Positions 7,755 through 18,391 of a stretch of DNA of 64,000 bases are shown one piece after another. Origin of the DNA: Candidatus Magasanikiibacteriota bacterium (GTDB lineage Bacteria; Patescibacteriota; Patescibacteriia; Magasanikbacterales; GWA2-37-8). Made by a program: the position numbers and the translations under genes. The stretch is from assembly GCA_016182085.1 (NCBI GenBank), contig JACOYB010000006.1, positions 88,980-152,979 of the forward strand. Direction: 5' to 3'. Under the pieces are notes generated by a model, which searched no databases, was not told where the DNA came from, and worked only from the letters and a program-made list of their open reading frames with translations. How positions within the stretch are numbered: position 1 is the stretch's first letter; the number at the start of each line of letters is the position of its first letter.

Positions 7755-10700
7755 GCGAAAAAAATTATCCAACATGTTTGGAAGAAAAAGATTGTCTATA
7801 TGCTGTCTGTTATGGCAGTGGCAGTAGGCGTAGGTTTTTATGCTTCTTTTTTTATAGGGAGAAGCGCAAGCGCCTTATCTGGCGTAACTTTAGCCGATAA
7901 TGATACTACCGGATTCGGGCTTGATGGCAGGGATTTTTCTATAACTTGGACTCCCGGTGATCAGCCTGCGGGATTTTTATATACCAAAATTTTTATTACC
8001 ACTAATACGGTTAATTTAACCACAAGCACAGCCGAAACTACCGCGTGCGCCGGATCCGCTTGTGTGCCGGTTGGCTATTTTAGCCAGTGGACTAATGCCG
8101 CCCATGTAGCACCTCAGTTTATGGGTACAGATAGTTCGGGTGTTGCCTGGAGAACCAGCACATCGTATGTAGCCTGGGTATTTGCTTCCACTACAGATCC
8201 AAATAATGCTTTATTAGTTTCCTCTACGGTTGTTTCTTATGCTAATACTTTTGATATTGTTTCTGATACAAGTAAACCGCAAATAGATCACAGCCCAGCG
8301 CATGTGGCGACAGCAAATAAAACCGCCTATTTTAATGCCTTTGTATTTGACGATCAGACTTCCGGCGCTAGTTTTGCCAGCACTTCTGTAGGTACAGAAT
8401 ATTTTAGACTGTTTTATACTTCCAGCACTAATCCGTGGTCATCTGTTAATTCCACTACCGGGCAGGCTTATTCCGGAGAATCAGATTTTTATAGTTTTCA
8501 AGTTCCTACCACTTCAATGGGCGCGGCTGGCGCAACATTCAAGTATTATTTAGTAGCCGCTGATGCGACCGGTAATACTCGTTATTTTTGCGCCAATCCA
8601 TCGGCAGCCAGCGCCACGGATTGTCAAAATAATCCCTTTACTCTTACTACCGTGTCAGCTGGATCAAGAACTGTGGGCGGTACTATCACCAGCGGCGGTT
8701 CCGCTTTAGGCAGCGCGTTTGTTTTTGCCGGCGGTTTTGCCAGCTCTTTGCCGGCAGTTCTTACCAATGGAAGTGGTGTTTATTCTCTTACGGCTTTGCC
8801 AAATAACGACGCTTTTGATATTGCCGCGCATAAGGTGGGTTATTGTCGCAGTATGCGTTTTGAAACTATTGGCACTACCGACAAAACCGGCGTGGATATG
8901 AGTTTGGGAAATAGCAGTTGTGGTTTTTATGATCCGGGTATGGGCGGAGGCGCGGGCGGCGCGCCGATGGTAATGTTTTCCGGACCTCCGGAAGGAATGC
9001 AAGGAGTGTCGGTTTCTGAAAGTATCCGTGTTGGTTTTAATCAGCCCATGGACGGAGCGACTATAAACGATACCAATGCCGCCGATAGTGGCAGTAATGT
9101 TTATTTAACTACCGATGATGGTACAACCAAAGTGGCCGGAACGGTAACTTACTGCGCCAGCAATGCTTCCGCCGGCTGTTCATCTTTGTTTTCAATGGAT
9201 AATAATACTATTTTATTTGTACCAAGCAGCACGCTTGCTTCCAGCACTTTTTATACGCTGGTTATTACCAGTGCGGTAAAAGGTCAGGGCGGTCAGTCGG
9301 TGCAAGGAAATGTTTCCGGTGGCGGCCATAAAATATCCTTTGGCACAAGCGGTGGCGCATTAAATATTGGTTCTTTTGGCACAAGCGGACAATTCATGCC
9401 TCCGTATGTAAAATCAATGACTCCGGCTCCAGGTATGACTGTAGGTGGTAACGTAAGTCTGACTGTAGAATTTAGCGAAGCTATGAGTTCGGCTTCAATT
9501 AATCAGACTAACGTCAGATTATTTAATATAACAAATGGGGCTAATACCGAAGTTACTTTGATTGGAAGTAATATTACTTTAGATTCTAACGAACGTCGTT
9601 TTGTAACCATTACTCACAGCGCGTTAAGCGCCGGGACTTACGAAGTCAGAGTTTTGGGTGCAGCAGCCAATGCCAGCGGTATAAGCATGCGTCCGCCCGC
9701 GAACGGTTCTGATATTGCTTTTAAGTCTTCCTTTATTGTGTCTGGTACTGATAACACTGTTCCAACTGTTTATCCTTCATTTGCTTCAGGGACAACTGGC
9801 ATGGCCGTAAATAATGTGTTTACCTTTGGTTTTAATGAACAGTTATTATTTAATACGGTTAATACTACGAATGTAACTTTATCTAGAGGAGCAACATCTG
9901 TGGGTGTCACCGTAAAATATGATTCCGGTTTAAATAATGTATTTGTTGTTCCAAACACCGCTTTGGTGCCAAATACAGTTTATACGTTGGTATTTAGTTC
10001 TTCCGTAACCGATGCGGCCAGCAATCGTTTGCCTACCAGTACCTATACCTATACAACCGGTGGCGGTGATACTGTAATTCCTATTCTTAAAGAAGCGCAA
10101 TGTGATGATTATACCTGTAAATTTTTCTTTACCGAACCAATGAATCACGCTTCACAAGTTGACGGTGCGACGTCTTGGGTGAGCAGCACTTTAAATCATT
10201 TAAGAATATCTCTAACTCAAGGCGGCGCAGATAAAATAGTTACTTCCACCGCCATGGCTTATGATTCAGTTAATTTTGTTATTACGGCCACCGGAGTCGG
10301 TTTAACACCTCTTAATGCAGGTGGCGCCAACTTTAGTGCAACTATTAGCGGCGTTGGAGATCTTTCCGGCAACGTAATGGCTTCTACCGTATTATCCGGG
10401 CCAGTTAAAGATAGTAAAGAAACTTTTGGTAATTTTGGCGGCGGTGGCATGTTTGCTCCTCCTACCACCGGATTCACCGGCGGCACAATTGGCGGTGGAG
10501 AATTCACACCAATGGGCTTTGGTTCCTTTACCGTTGATCAGTTTGCTTTTGGCCAGGCCGATATGGCGTTTCCCTTTAATTCAATGGCCAGCCAAGATGC
10601 GAATGTATTTCAAATAAAGTTTAACCCGGGAGTAGCTGTGGCCGCAGGAGATAAAGTAGTAATCACTTTTCCAGTTGGCACCGATGTTAATAGCGCTGGC

Positions 10701-13700
10701 CTTGATACATTCTCTCCTTTCTACGATGACTTTAATCAGTTTGCGGCAGGAATAGTAACTAGTACGGCGGTGGCAACAGATACCGTGTCTCGTAAAGTTA
10801 CCGTTACCTTGGGTGTTTCTGGTTCTCCCGCGCCTAATGATAGTTTAACCATTGATTTGCGCAAAATAATTAACCCAGCTATTCCAAAAGATCCTTCAAC
10901 TGGTGGTTATACAGTAACGATCCAACTTACAAATAATGCCGGAACTACTGTTAAGGCCAGTAAAACAAGCATGCCATACTTTATTATGGCCGGTGGTACC
11001 AATACTTTAAATGTACAAGTAGTTGCTGGTGTAAATACCAGCACCCCGACTGCTGGTGCCAATGGTACGGTATTCATGCACGGTGGCGGTCCGGCAGGCC
11101 CTATGGATAAAAGTATTACTCTTACCAACGGTGTGATATCAGCCATTGACGGAACATCCGCTACCGGTATTAATTTTACCAATCTACCCAACGGTTGTTA
11201 CTTCCTGGGTACAGATCCGTTTGTTACTTTAGGCACGTTAGATTACTTTGGTCAGATGTCGCCGGAACCAATTTGTCTAAACGGCAGTGTCTCCACCACT
11301 AAGTATATCTTGCTTTCCCCAGCCACTAGCGGTGGCGGTTCGGTAACGGCTACAATTAAATTTTCTGGCATTACCAACTTTAATGGCGCAGATATTGATA
11401 TTTTTGCCGGTGGTCCGGGAAGATTTGTGGTTAAAACTTTATCAGGAGTCACCACTACTTTAGCTGCCGGCTATGATATAAAATTACCTGCCAATGGCCA
11501 GTGGTTTATTGGTGTGGGGCCAGCTATGCCAAAGGGAGCTTCAGGAGGTAAGCCCGTATCCCTTCCTGGCGTGCCACCATCTCCTATAACGTTAGAAGTA
11601 AGTGGTTTAGGCGGTGGTACTCCGACTCTAAGTCGTCCGTCTTCAATGCCGCTCGCTTCAGGCGTGGCGTTTAATGATACTACGGATATAATTACTTTTA
11701 GTTTTGCCACGGCGGATAAAGTAGTTACCGGAACAGTTAAAGATGGTGCCGGAAATGTATTATCAAGCATTGAAGTCTTTATGCATAGACAAGGTTTTGG
11801 CGCGCCTGTATTTGGCATAACCAATGCTTCCGGTACATTTAATTTATCCGTATCCGATTATGGATTATATGAAATAGGCGTGTTCAAAGACGGAATGCCG
11901 CCTTCCTTCAAGCAATTGGAAGTTAAGACAGATGGATCTGATGCCGACAGCAATCCGGATATATTCTTGCAAGGTAAACAAATAACGGGTTCCAATCCTT
12001 TGGTTTTGACTCTGAAAAAAGCTAATTATACAATCTCAGGTAAAGTTTTGGATTCCAGTAATAGTGCGGTAAGCTATGCTCCGGTTTTTGCTTCGGATGG
12101 TTCCGGCAATAGTGTGTTCGGACAAACAGGGTCTGATGGTAGTTATTCAGTATTTGTGGATGCTGGTACTTGGACAATTAGAGCAGAACTTCCTCCAAGC
12201 AAGACAGGTGATACTTGCGGAACATTCTCAAAGACCGTAACAGTAACTACCGAAAGTCAGTCCAGCCAAAATATTACTCCATCAACCGCCACCTGTTACA
12301 CATTAAGCGGAAGCGTGACAGTTGGTTCTGTTAACTTAAGTAATACGCCTATCTTTATTGAGGAGTGGGATGACGGAAGTAACAAGCCGGTACAAGGTGG
12401 TATAAAAAGAGGAACAGTTACAGATTCAAATGGCGCTTATTCAGCAAAAGTTATAGGCAGTAAAACCTACCGTATCGGCACGGTTGATCCTACCTATGGA
12501 GAATTGAGCGCAACTAAAGGGGTGGTGTCATCTGATGCAACTCAAAATATTTCAGTTGCTTCAACAAGCACAGTTAGCTTCGTATTTACTGGTGGAACAG
12601 CTAGTATGAACGGATTTATTGAATTAAAGAATACAAGCGATAAAACAAAGCGCGTGACCAAGCAAGTGACTGGTTTAAATACTACCACCGCACTCACAGT
12701 AGAAGCCTCTGTTACGTACAATTATTTTGTGGATGTATTCGGTGTCGGGAGGTTTACCGGAGAAGTGGTAGCTGGTAATACAGCTACCGTAAATCTCGGT
12801 GTTTCAGCCAATGCATTTATTACGGTTACCGGAACTATTTATAGTAACGAAACCGTATCTTCTACAGTCTTAGCAGGAACACTGGTTACATTCTTTAGTT
12901 CCAGTACTGGCATAACGCAAACTGCCACAGCTAATGCTAGCGGTACGTATAGTATAAATATCAAGGCTGGTACATATGAGGTTTCCGCGGATATTGCCAA
13001 CTATCTTCCTGGCCAAGCAGCTCAAATAACATCCTTTACTACAACTACTCCGGCCTACGACTTTGGTGGCGCAAGTCCAGATCAAGGATCCTTAATTGCT
13101 TCCAACCGTACTATAGAAGGATATGTTAGTAGTTCCGCCGGTGCCACGATTACTGATGGCTATGCCTGGGCAACGAACGCTTCCGGCACAGTCGTAACTG
13201 CAGCCATAGATTCAACCGGACGCTATTCATTGCCTGTAACGGATGGCAGTTGGACAGTAGAAGCTGTAGCAGCCGGTGCGTCCGAGACTACCAAATCTGG
13301 TGCAGTAACTATTTCTGGTTCAGATTCAGCAAATAATAATTTTGCTTTAACAAACGATGGTAGTCGTATAGCTACGTCTACAAGTGGCATAGTAGCAGCC
13401 AGTTCCGGAGGATCGGTTAATGATACAACCGGTACAGGAATTAAGATTTCAGCCGGGCAGGGAGTTTTGGAAACCGGTTCAGGAGATGTCTCAATAAGTT
13501 TAGAAAAAACCTTTACCGCGCCAGATACTAGTGGTTTTGATGCGTTAGCTAATGCAACCTTTAAAATATCTGCAACCGGTGATTCTACAATTAAGGACCT
13601 AAATGGCAACGCCGAAATTCAATTGGATTATTCGGCGATGGTCAGTCAAATCCCAAGCGGAGTTGCCGAGGCTGATTTGAAATTAATGTACTATTCAGCG

Positions 13701-14528
13701 GAAAAAGGAGACTATGTGCCGGTAGAAGGCGGGTTTACAATTGATGCAACCAACAATACTATTACCGGACAGGTAAACCACCTTACCGATTTCGTAATTG
13801 CCTACGATCCTCCAGCAGCTGCAGCCGCAGCCGCAAGCACAGGCAGTTCCGGCACCGCTGCCGGCGGGATGGCTTCGCCTGTACCTGCCGCACAAGCCAC
13901 TACTAGCTCTGTAGTTGTAAATACTGTCACTACCACTGCTTCCACATTGCCAGTCACAAATAAAATAGATAGCTCTAAAGCTTATGGTTCGGCTCCATCC
14001 GTTTCGGTTAAGGTGTTATTTATTCATAACTTGGGAATGGGATCAAAAGGCGAAGAAGTCAGACAGTTGCAAGCTAAACTTAGAGAATTAGGCTTCTTCA
14101 AGCATCCAACCAACACTGGATTATTCGGGCCAGCTACCAAAGCTGCAGTGGTAGCATTCCAAAAGGCACGAGGATTAAAACCTTACCCGGGCACGCTCGG
14201 ACCTGCTACCAGAGCAGCGCTGAATAGTTTGACAGAACCAAGCGAATCTCTAGTAGTTCCGCCAGTATCAACAGACTCAAGTTTGTTGCCGGCAGGATCT
14301 ACGGCAGGAGTATTTGTCAGCGCTTTGAAGCTCGGCTCTAAAGGAGAAGAAGTCAGGCAGCTGCAAGCTAAACTTAGAGAGTTAGGTTTCTTCACTTATC
14401 CTAATGACACGGGGGTATTCGGACCAGCTACCAAAGCGGCAGTTGTAGCCTTCCAAAAGGCGCAGGGATTAAAACCTTATCCGGGCTGGGTTGGTCCAGG
14501 CACGCGCGCCGCGCTAAACAGTCTCTAA
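7752..14528 (+). CDS. giant (2258 aa) secreted/surface protein: Ig-like (Big_5-type) and carboxypeptidase-regulatory-like repeats, two C-terminal peptidoglycan-binding (PGBD-like) domains
   Basis: N-terminal signal/TM; S/T/G-rich beta repeats (VGFNQPMD, VEFSEAMS, FGFNEQL; ISGKVLDS..TGSDGSY); two LGSKGEEVRQLQAKLRELGFF...TGxFGPATKAAVVAFQK modules. Confidence 0.8.
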   Translation: MAKKIIQHVWKKKIVYMLSVMAVAVGVGFYASFFIGRSASALSGVTLADNDTTGFGLDGRDFSITWTPGDQPAGFLYTKIFITTNTVNLTTSTAETTACAGSACVPVGYFSQWTNAAHVAPQFMGTDSSGVAWRTSTSYVAWVFASTTDPNNALLVSSTVVSYANTFDIVSDTSKPQIDHSPAHVATANKTAYFNAFVFDDQTSGASFASTSVGTEYFRLFYTSSTNPWSSVNSTTGQAYSGESDFYSFQVPTTSMGAAGATFKYYLVAADATGNTRYFCANPSAASATDCQNNPFTLTTVSAGSRTVGGTITSGGSALGSAFVFAGGFASSLPAVLTNGSGVYSLTALPNNDAFDIAAHKVGYCRSMRFETIGTTDKTGVDMSLGNSSCGFYDPGMGGGAGGAPMVMFSGPPEGMQGVSVSESIRVGFNQPMDGATINDTNAADSGSNVYLTTDDGTTKVAGTVTYCASNASAGCSSLFSMDNNTILFVPSSTLASSTFYTLVITSAVKGQGGQSVQGNVSGGGHKISFGTSGGALNIGSFGTSGQFMPPYVKSMTPAPGMTVGGNVSLTVEFSEAMSSASINQTNVRLFNITNGANTEVTLIGSNITLDSNERRFVTITHSALSAGTYEVRVLGAAANASGISMRPPANGSDIAFKSSFIVSGTDNTVPTVYPSFASGTTGMAVNNVFTFGFNEQLLFNTVNTTNVTLSRGATSVGVTVKYDSGLNNVFVVPNTALVPNTVYTLVFSSSVTDAASNRLPTSTYTYTTGGGDTVIPILKEAQCDDYTCKFFFTEPMNHASQVDGATSWVSSTLNHLRISLTQGGADKIVTSTAMAYDSVNFVITATGVGLTPLNAGGANFSATISGVGDLSGNVMASTVLSGPVKDSKETFGNFGGGGMFAPPTTGFTGGTIGGGEFTPMGFGSFTVDQFAFGQADMAFPFNSMASQDANVFQIKFNPGVAVAAGDKVVITFPVGTDVNSAGLDTFSPFYDDFNQFAAGIVTSTAVATDTVSRKVTVTLGVSGSPAPNDSLTIDLRKIINPAIPKDPSTGGYTVTIQLTNNAGTTVKASKTSMPYFIMAGGTNTLNVQVVAGVNTSTPTAGANGTVFMHGGGPAGPMDKSITLTNGVISAIDGTSATGINFTNLPNGCYFLGTDPFVTLGTLDYFGQMSPEPICLNGSVSTTKYILLSPATSGGGSVTATIKFSGITNFNGADIDIFAGGPGRFVVKTLSGVTTTLAAGYDIKLPANGQWFIGVGPAMPKGASGGKPVSLPGVPPSPITLEVSGLGGGTPTLSRPSSMPLASGVAFNDTTDIITFSFATADKVVTGTVKDGAGNVLSSIEVFMHRQGFGAPVFGITNASGTFNLSVSDYGLYEIGVFKDGMPPSFKQLEVKTDGSDADSNPDIFLQGKQITGSNPLVLTLKKANYTISGKVLDSSNSAVSYAPVFASDGSGNSVFGQTGSDGSYSVFVDAGTWTIRAELPPSKTGDTCGTFSKTVTVTTESQSSQNITPSTATCYTLSGSVTVGSVNLSNTPIFIEEWDDGSNKPVQGGIKRGTVTDSNGAYSAKVIGSKTYRIGTVDPTYGELSATKGVVSSDATQNISVASTSTVSFVFTGGTASMNGFIELKNTSDKTKRVTKQVTGLNTTTALTVEASVTYNYFVDVFGVGRFTGEVVAGNTATVNLGVSANAFITVTGTIYSNETVSSTVLAGTLVTFFSSSTGITQTATANASGTYSINIKAGTYEVSADIANYLPGQAAQITSFTTTTPAYDFGGASPDQGSLIASNRTIEGYVSSSAGATITDGYAWATNASGTVVTAAIDSTGRYSLPVTDGSWTVEAVAAGASETTKSGAVTISGSDSANNNFALTNDGSRIATSTSGIVAASSGGSVNDTTGTGIKISAGQGVLETGSGDVSISLEKTFTAPDTSGFDALANATFKISATGDSTIKDLNGNAEIQLDYSAMVSQIPSGVAEADLKLMYYSAEKGDYVPVEGGFTIDATNNTITGQVNHLTDFVIAYDPPAAAAAAASTGSSGTAAGGMASPVPAAQATTSSVVVNTVTTTASTLPVTNKIDSSKAYGSAPSVSVKVLFIHNLGMGSKGEEVRQLQAKLRELGFFKHPTNTGLFGPATKAAVVAFQKARGLKPYPGTLGPATRAALNSLTEPSESLVVPPVSTDSSLLPAGSTAGVFVSALKLGSKGEEVRQLQAKLRELGFFTYPNDTGVFGPATKAAVVAFQKAQGLKPYPGWVGPGTRAALNSL

Positions 14529-14580
14529 AATATTTTAACTTTTAAAAACCTGAGTTAAAATAGTTCAGCGCCAAGATTTA

Positions 14581-14610
14581 AAAATATCCCGAACCGGTCG
14601 GGGTATTTTT
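14581..14610 (+). terminator. intrinsic terminator after the giant gene
   Basis: aaaatatcccga-accgg-tcgggtattttt. Confidence 0.6.
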
Positions 14611-14641
14611 ATTTATTGCAAAAATTATATTTTATAGGTAG

Positions 14642-14650
14642 TTATCCACA
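14642..14650 (+). promoter_or_regulatory. perfect DnaA box upstream of a TATAAT promoter
   Basis: TTATCCACA; gtggtgTATAAT about 30 bp downstream. Confidence 0.5.
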
Positions 14651-14744
14651 GCAAAAAATTAACGGACAAACCAGAGTGGTGTATAATATATTAAGAAAAT
14701 CTTATTTTTTAATTCCCTAGGTTTAACTAGGGTAAATTTAATTT

Positions 14745-16622
14745 ATGGAATTGTCTTCTCTGCAAAAAAAGATGAGCGCATCCAAAATGTTGGTGCTCGC
14801 TTTTTTAGTCGGACTTTTAAGTCTGATCCTTTTAGTTTTCAATGCCCAAGCTGCGCCAGTGGCGCCAACCGGCACTCCGACCACTACGGTTTTAACAGCA
14901 CAGACTATTATGATCGGCGGTATTACCAGCGGCGCTAGTGACAGCGGTTTAAACTGGTCTTTTGCCACTTCTTTAAATAATGTTACCAGAACAATTGTTA
15001 ATGTAACTACCCCTACCACCACAAAACAATTTACATTTACCGGTTTAGCTACCAACACATTATACTATTTGGCTGTAGCCTCAGGCGATGGCGCGGCCAC
15101 TTCCAGTTATGCTACTTCTTCGGCTGTTTATACCCTAGCTGATACTCCCGGTTCTCCAACTCTTTCCACTGCGGCTGTGCAGGGTTTTAAAGTAACAATT
15201 AATTCTTCCTCCAACCCTTCAAATACTACCTATATTGTTCGTGATACGGTATCCTCCACCCTTACCAAGTACTTGCAATCAGATCAGACATGGGGAAATG
15301 CAACGGCCACATTTACTTATGCCCAACTTGGAGGTTTAAGCGGTACGACTACTGCTGGTTTAGCTACAAATACTTTGCACAGAATTAGTGTCGCAGCGGT
15401 TAATGGCGACGCTGTTACTACCACGTATAGTTCTACAGTTGATTTTTATACCCTTGCCGCAACTCCCGGCACCGCCACAGTTACTTCCAGCGCGGTAACT
15501 ACATTAAATGTTACTGTCAATGCCGGCACTAATCCTACAACCGCTTCCACAACCTTTATAGTAAAAGATACCGGTTCAACATTGCTTTATCTTCAGTCCA
15601 ATGGAACTTGGGGTTCTGCTACGGCTACGCTTACTTATGCCCAACTTGGCTCAGGAAGCGCCACTACGACCACTGGTTTGACTGCCAATACTTTACACAC
15701 TATCAGTGTGGCTGCGGTCAATGGAGACAGTTCTGCTACTACCAGTTATAGCACTGTCGCCAGTTCTTACACGCTCGCCAACACTCCGTCTTCCGTATCT
15801 TTATCAGCGGCGGCAAATGGTTTTAACTTAACTTGGAGCGGGGATGCTACCCAATACTATGTAGAAGATGAAACTGCAGGCTCAAACTCCGGATGGATCA
15901 CCGCAACAACATATTCAGTGGGGGGTATTAATTGCGGAACTTCGCGCACCTTCCGAGTTAAAGGAAGAAATGGAGATACTACAGATACTGCGTTTGCCAC
16001 ATCTGTTAGCGCCACTACCAATGCTTGTGGAGGAGGTGTTGCGGTAGCTGTCCCTGCCACTCCGGCTACACCTGCCACGCCTGCTGTGCCCGGCGTTTCT
16101 CCCGCTGTCCCTGCCACCCCAGCTTCAGTTTCCTTACCGCCTACCGCTTCTCCGGTTGCCGTCTTTGTTCATACTTTGCGCGCAGGTACAAGAGGTGGGG
16201 AAGTTAAACAGCTACAACAAAAACTTAGAGAGTTAGGTTTCTTCAAATATTCTAGCAATACCGGCTTGTTTGGGGCTATTACCAAAGCCGCAGTCGTATC
16301 TTTCCAGAAAGATCAAGGACTAACTCCTTCCGGCGTAGTTGATGCAGCCACACGAGACGCTCTTAATGGAGTAAGCGCTACGGCCCCTCAAGCAGCTGTT
16401 GGTCAGTTTGTAAGTAGTCTCGCTGTTGGTTCCAGAGGCGAGGAAGTAAGAATGTTGCAAGCCAAATTACGAGAATTAGGCTACTTTACTTATCCAACCG
16501 ACACCGGTGTATTTGGCCCCGCTACCCGAGCCGCAGTACAAGCGTTTCAAAGAGCGCAAGGGCTGGCTCCATTTCCAGGATTTGTTGGTCCGGGCACGCG
16601 CGCCGCGTTAAACAATCTCTAA
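14745..16622 (+). CDS. secreted Thr/Ser-rich protein with fibronectin-III-like repeats, Pro/Ala linker and two PGBD-like domains
   Basis: signal peptide (..AQA|AP); two ~105-aa internal repeats (YLQSxxTWG..TYAQLG..GLxxNTLH.ISVAAVNGD); PATPATPATP linker; same C-terminal module as the giant protein. Confidence 0.8.
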   Translation: MELSSLQKKMSASKMLVLAFLVGLLSLILLVFNAQAAPVAPTGTPTTTVLTAQTIMIGGITSGASDSGLNWSFATSLNNVTRTIVNVTTPTTTKQFTFTGLATNTLYYLAVASGDGAATSSYATSSAVYTLADTPGSPTLSTAAVQGFKVTINSSSNPSNTTYIVRDTVSSTLTKYLQSDQTWGNATATFTYAQLGGLSGTTTAGLATNTLHRISVAAVNGDAVTTTYSSTVDFYTLAATPGTATVTSSAVTTLNVTVNAGTNPTTASTTFIVKDTGSTLLYLQSNGTWGSATATLTYAQLGSGSATTTTGLTANTLHTISVAAVNGDSSATTSYSTVASSYTLANTPSSVSLSAAANGFNLTWSGDATQYYVEDETAGSNSGWITATTYSVGGINCGTSRTFRVKGRNGDTTDTAFATSVSATTNACGGGVAVAVPATPATPATPAVPGVSPAVPATPASVSLPPTASPVAVFVHTLRAGTRGGEVKQLQQKLRELGFFKYSSNTGLFGAITKAAVVSFQKDQGLTPSGVVDAATRDALNGVSATAPQAAVGQFVSSLAVGSRGEEVRMLQAKLRELGYFTYPTDTGVFGPATRAAVQAFQRAQGLAPFPGFVGPGTRAALNNL

Positions 16623-16690
16623 AATTCTACACTAAACAAACCAACACTCAGCCATTGTGCTGGGTGTTTTTGTCTGTTATACTCTTAAGC

Positions 16691-17953
16691 ATGACAAAAT
16701 TAACTGTTCACAAACAAAGAATCGGCCCTATTCTTGGCCGTCATCCTTGGGTATTTTCGGGTGCGCTTAAATTTATCCCAGAAGGATTAAAAAGCGGTGA
16801 TCCGGTAATGCTTTTAAATGAAGAAGGGGGTTTTTTGGCTCAAGGATATTTTAATTCTTATTCGCAAATAGCGGTACGGCTTTGGAGTTGGGACGAGCAA
16901 GAGGCGGTGGATGATAAGTTTTTTGAGAAAAGAATTAGCCAGGCATACCAGATAAGAAAAAATTTTGTTGAAAGCAAAAAGACGGATTCATATCGTTTGA
17001 TTTATAGTGAAAATGATTTATTGCCGGGGCTGATTGTAGATAAATATGCTGATTGTTTGGTTTTGCAGTTTCATACGCCTGGAATAGAGTTTTGGAAAGA
17101 CAAAATTGTAAAAGCTTTGGTAAAAATAGTGAAGCCCGACGGTATCTACGAAAGATCCGATGTTCGGGATCGTAAACGTTTTACCAATGTCATCCCGACC
17201 GAAGTGGAGGGATCCCTTAACCTAAACGAAAGGGGTTCTTTAGTAGAACCTCAGAATGACAGGCAGATAGATCGTGGTGGTGTGCTGTACGGCAAAGTAC
17301 CGGAACGCATAAAAATATCTGAAAATGGATACAAGTTTTGGGTGGACGTAATTGGCGGACAAAAAACCGGTTTCTTTTTGGATCAGCGAGACAAGCGACA
17401 GGCGCTTACAAGGTATGTGGATAAAAAGAGTGTCCTTAATTGTTTTTCTTATTCTGGTGGGTTTAGTGTCTATGCGCTTGGAGCCGGTGCCAAGCATGTA
17501 GTAAGCGTAGATGCCTCCGAAAGCGCGCTGGAACTGGCGGTAGAAAATGTAAAACTAAACAAAATGGATGTAAAAAAGTGTGAATTTGTTTGCGCAGACG
17601 TAAAGCAGTATTTGTTTAATGCGCAAGAAGAAAGAAAAAAGTTTGATGTGATAATTTTGGACCCGCCCGCCTTTGTAAAAGACAGGCACAAAGTAAAAGA
17701 AGGTTTAATGGGTTATAAAAAAATAAACGAAATGGCCTTGCGCGCTCTGGATTCCGAAGGGATTTTGGTTTCGGCTTCTTGTTCAGCTCATGTTACTCTG
17801 TCGGATTTTAGGTATATGCTATCTGAATCTGCCGGCCGATCTCGTCGTACTTTGCAGGTTTTGGAAACCTATACTCATGGCATAGACCACCCAGAATTGG
17901 TATCGTTTACCGAGGGAGAATATCTAAAATGCGTGTTTGCCAAAGTGGTTTAG
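16691..17953 (+). CDS. rlmI: RlmI/RlmK-family 23S rRNA SAM methyltransferase (PUA + MTase), contains an in-frame palindromic insert
   Basis: HPWVFSG, GQKTGFFLDQR, VLNCFSYSGGF, DVIILDPPAF, EGEYLK; start moved to ATG 16691. Confidence 0.85.
   Translation: MTKLTVHKQRIGPILGRHPWVFSGALKFIPEGLKSGDPVMLLNEEGGFLAQGYFNSYSQIAVRLWSWDEQEAVDDKFFEKRISQAYQIRKNFVESKKTDSYRLIYSENDLLPGLIVDKYADCLVLQFHTPGIEFWKDKIVKALVKIVKPDGIYERSDVRDRKRFTNVIPTEVEGSLNLNERGSLVEPQNDRQIDRGGVLYGKVPERIKISENGYKFWVDVIGGQKTGFFLDQRDKRQALTRYVDKKSVLNCFSYSGGFSVYALGAGAKHVVSVDASESALELAVENVKLNKMDVKKCEFVCADVKQYLFNAQEERKKFDVIILDPPAFVKDRHKVKEGLMGYKKINEMALRALDSEGILVSASCSAHVTLSDFRYMLSESAGRSRRTLQVLETYTHGIDHPELVSFTEGEYLKCVFAKVV
17188..17261. repeat. TGTCAT...ATGACA element inside rlmI
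   Basis: tgtcatcccgaccgaagtggagggatccctt...cagaatgaca; the 5' end is the near reverse complement of the 3' end of the 21659-21765 copy. Confidence 0.8.
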
Positions 17954-17978
17954 TTAGGGTACAATTTTAGTTATAAGT

Positions 17979-18380
17979 ATGGATAAACAACGATTTTTCG
18001 TTCTTATTAAAAGAACAGCTTTGGTCGTTTCAATCGTAATTATTTTAGCTTGGGTGGCAGGGCTCATAGCCGTATTTATTGTTCGTAGTTTGGATAACAG
18101 TGAAATGAAACCAAGCAAAAATCATACGGTTGATTATGTTTCCCCAAATAGCCGTTATGCGGTTAGTACGCTGTATGATGAAAATAAATATCCGATTGAT
18201 ATTGTGGTAATAGATGCAAAAAGCGGTGTATCTGTGACAAAAATTACGCCGGAAGCAGAAATTGCGCGGTATGAAATTGCGGAAGCAAGTTCAACCATCA
18301 CCTTTACTTTGTATAATAATAAAAATAATCCAATAAAATTTTATTATTTTAATACTAAAAACGGAGAATGGATTAAATAA
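17979..18380 (+). CDS. hypothetical membrane-anchored protein
   Basis: N-terminal hydrophobic helix, 133 aa. Confidence 0.65.
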   Translation: MDKQRFFVLIKRTALVVSIVIILAWVAGLIAVFIVRSLDNSEMKPSKNHTVDYVSPNSRYAVSTLYDENKYPIDIVVIDAKSGVSVTKITPEAEIARYEIAEASSTITFTLYNNKNNPIKFYYFNTKNGEWIK

Positions 18381-18391
18381 TTTTATCTTTT

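Noticed and set aside
14642-14650. Replication origin
   Set aside because: DnaA boxes are single and dispersed, with no cluster and no dnaA/dnaN nearby.
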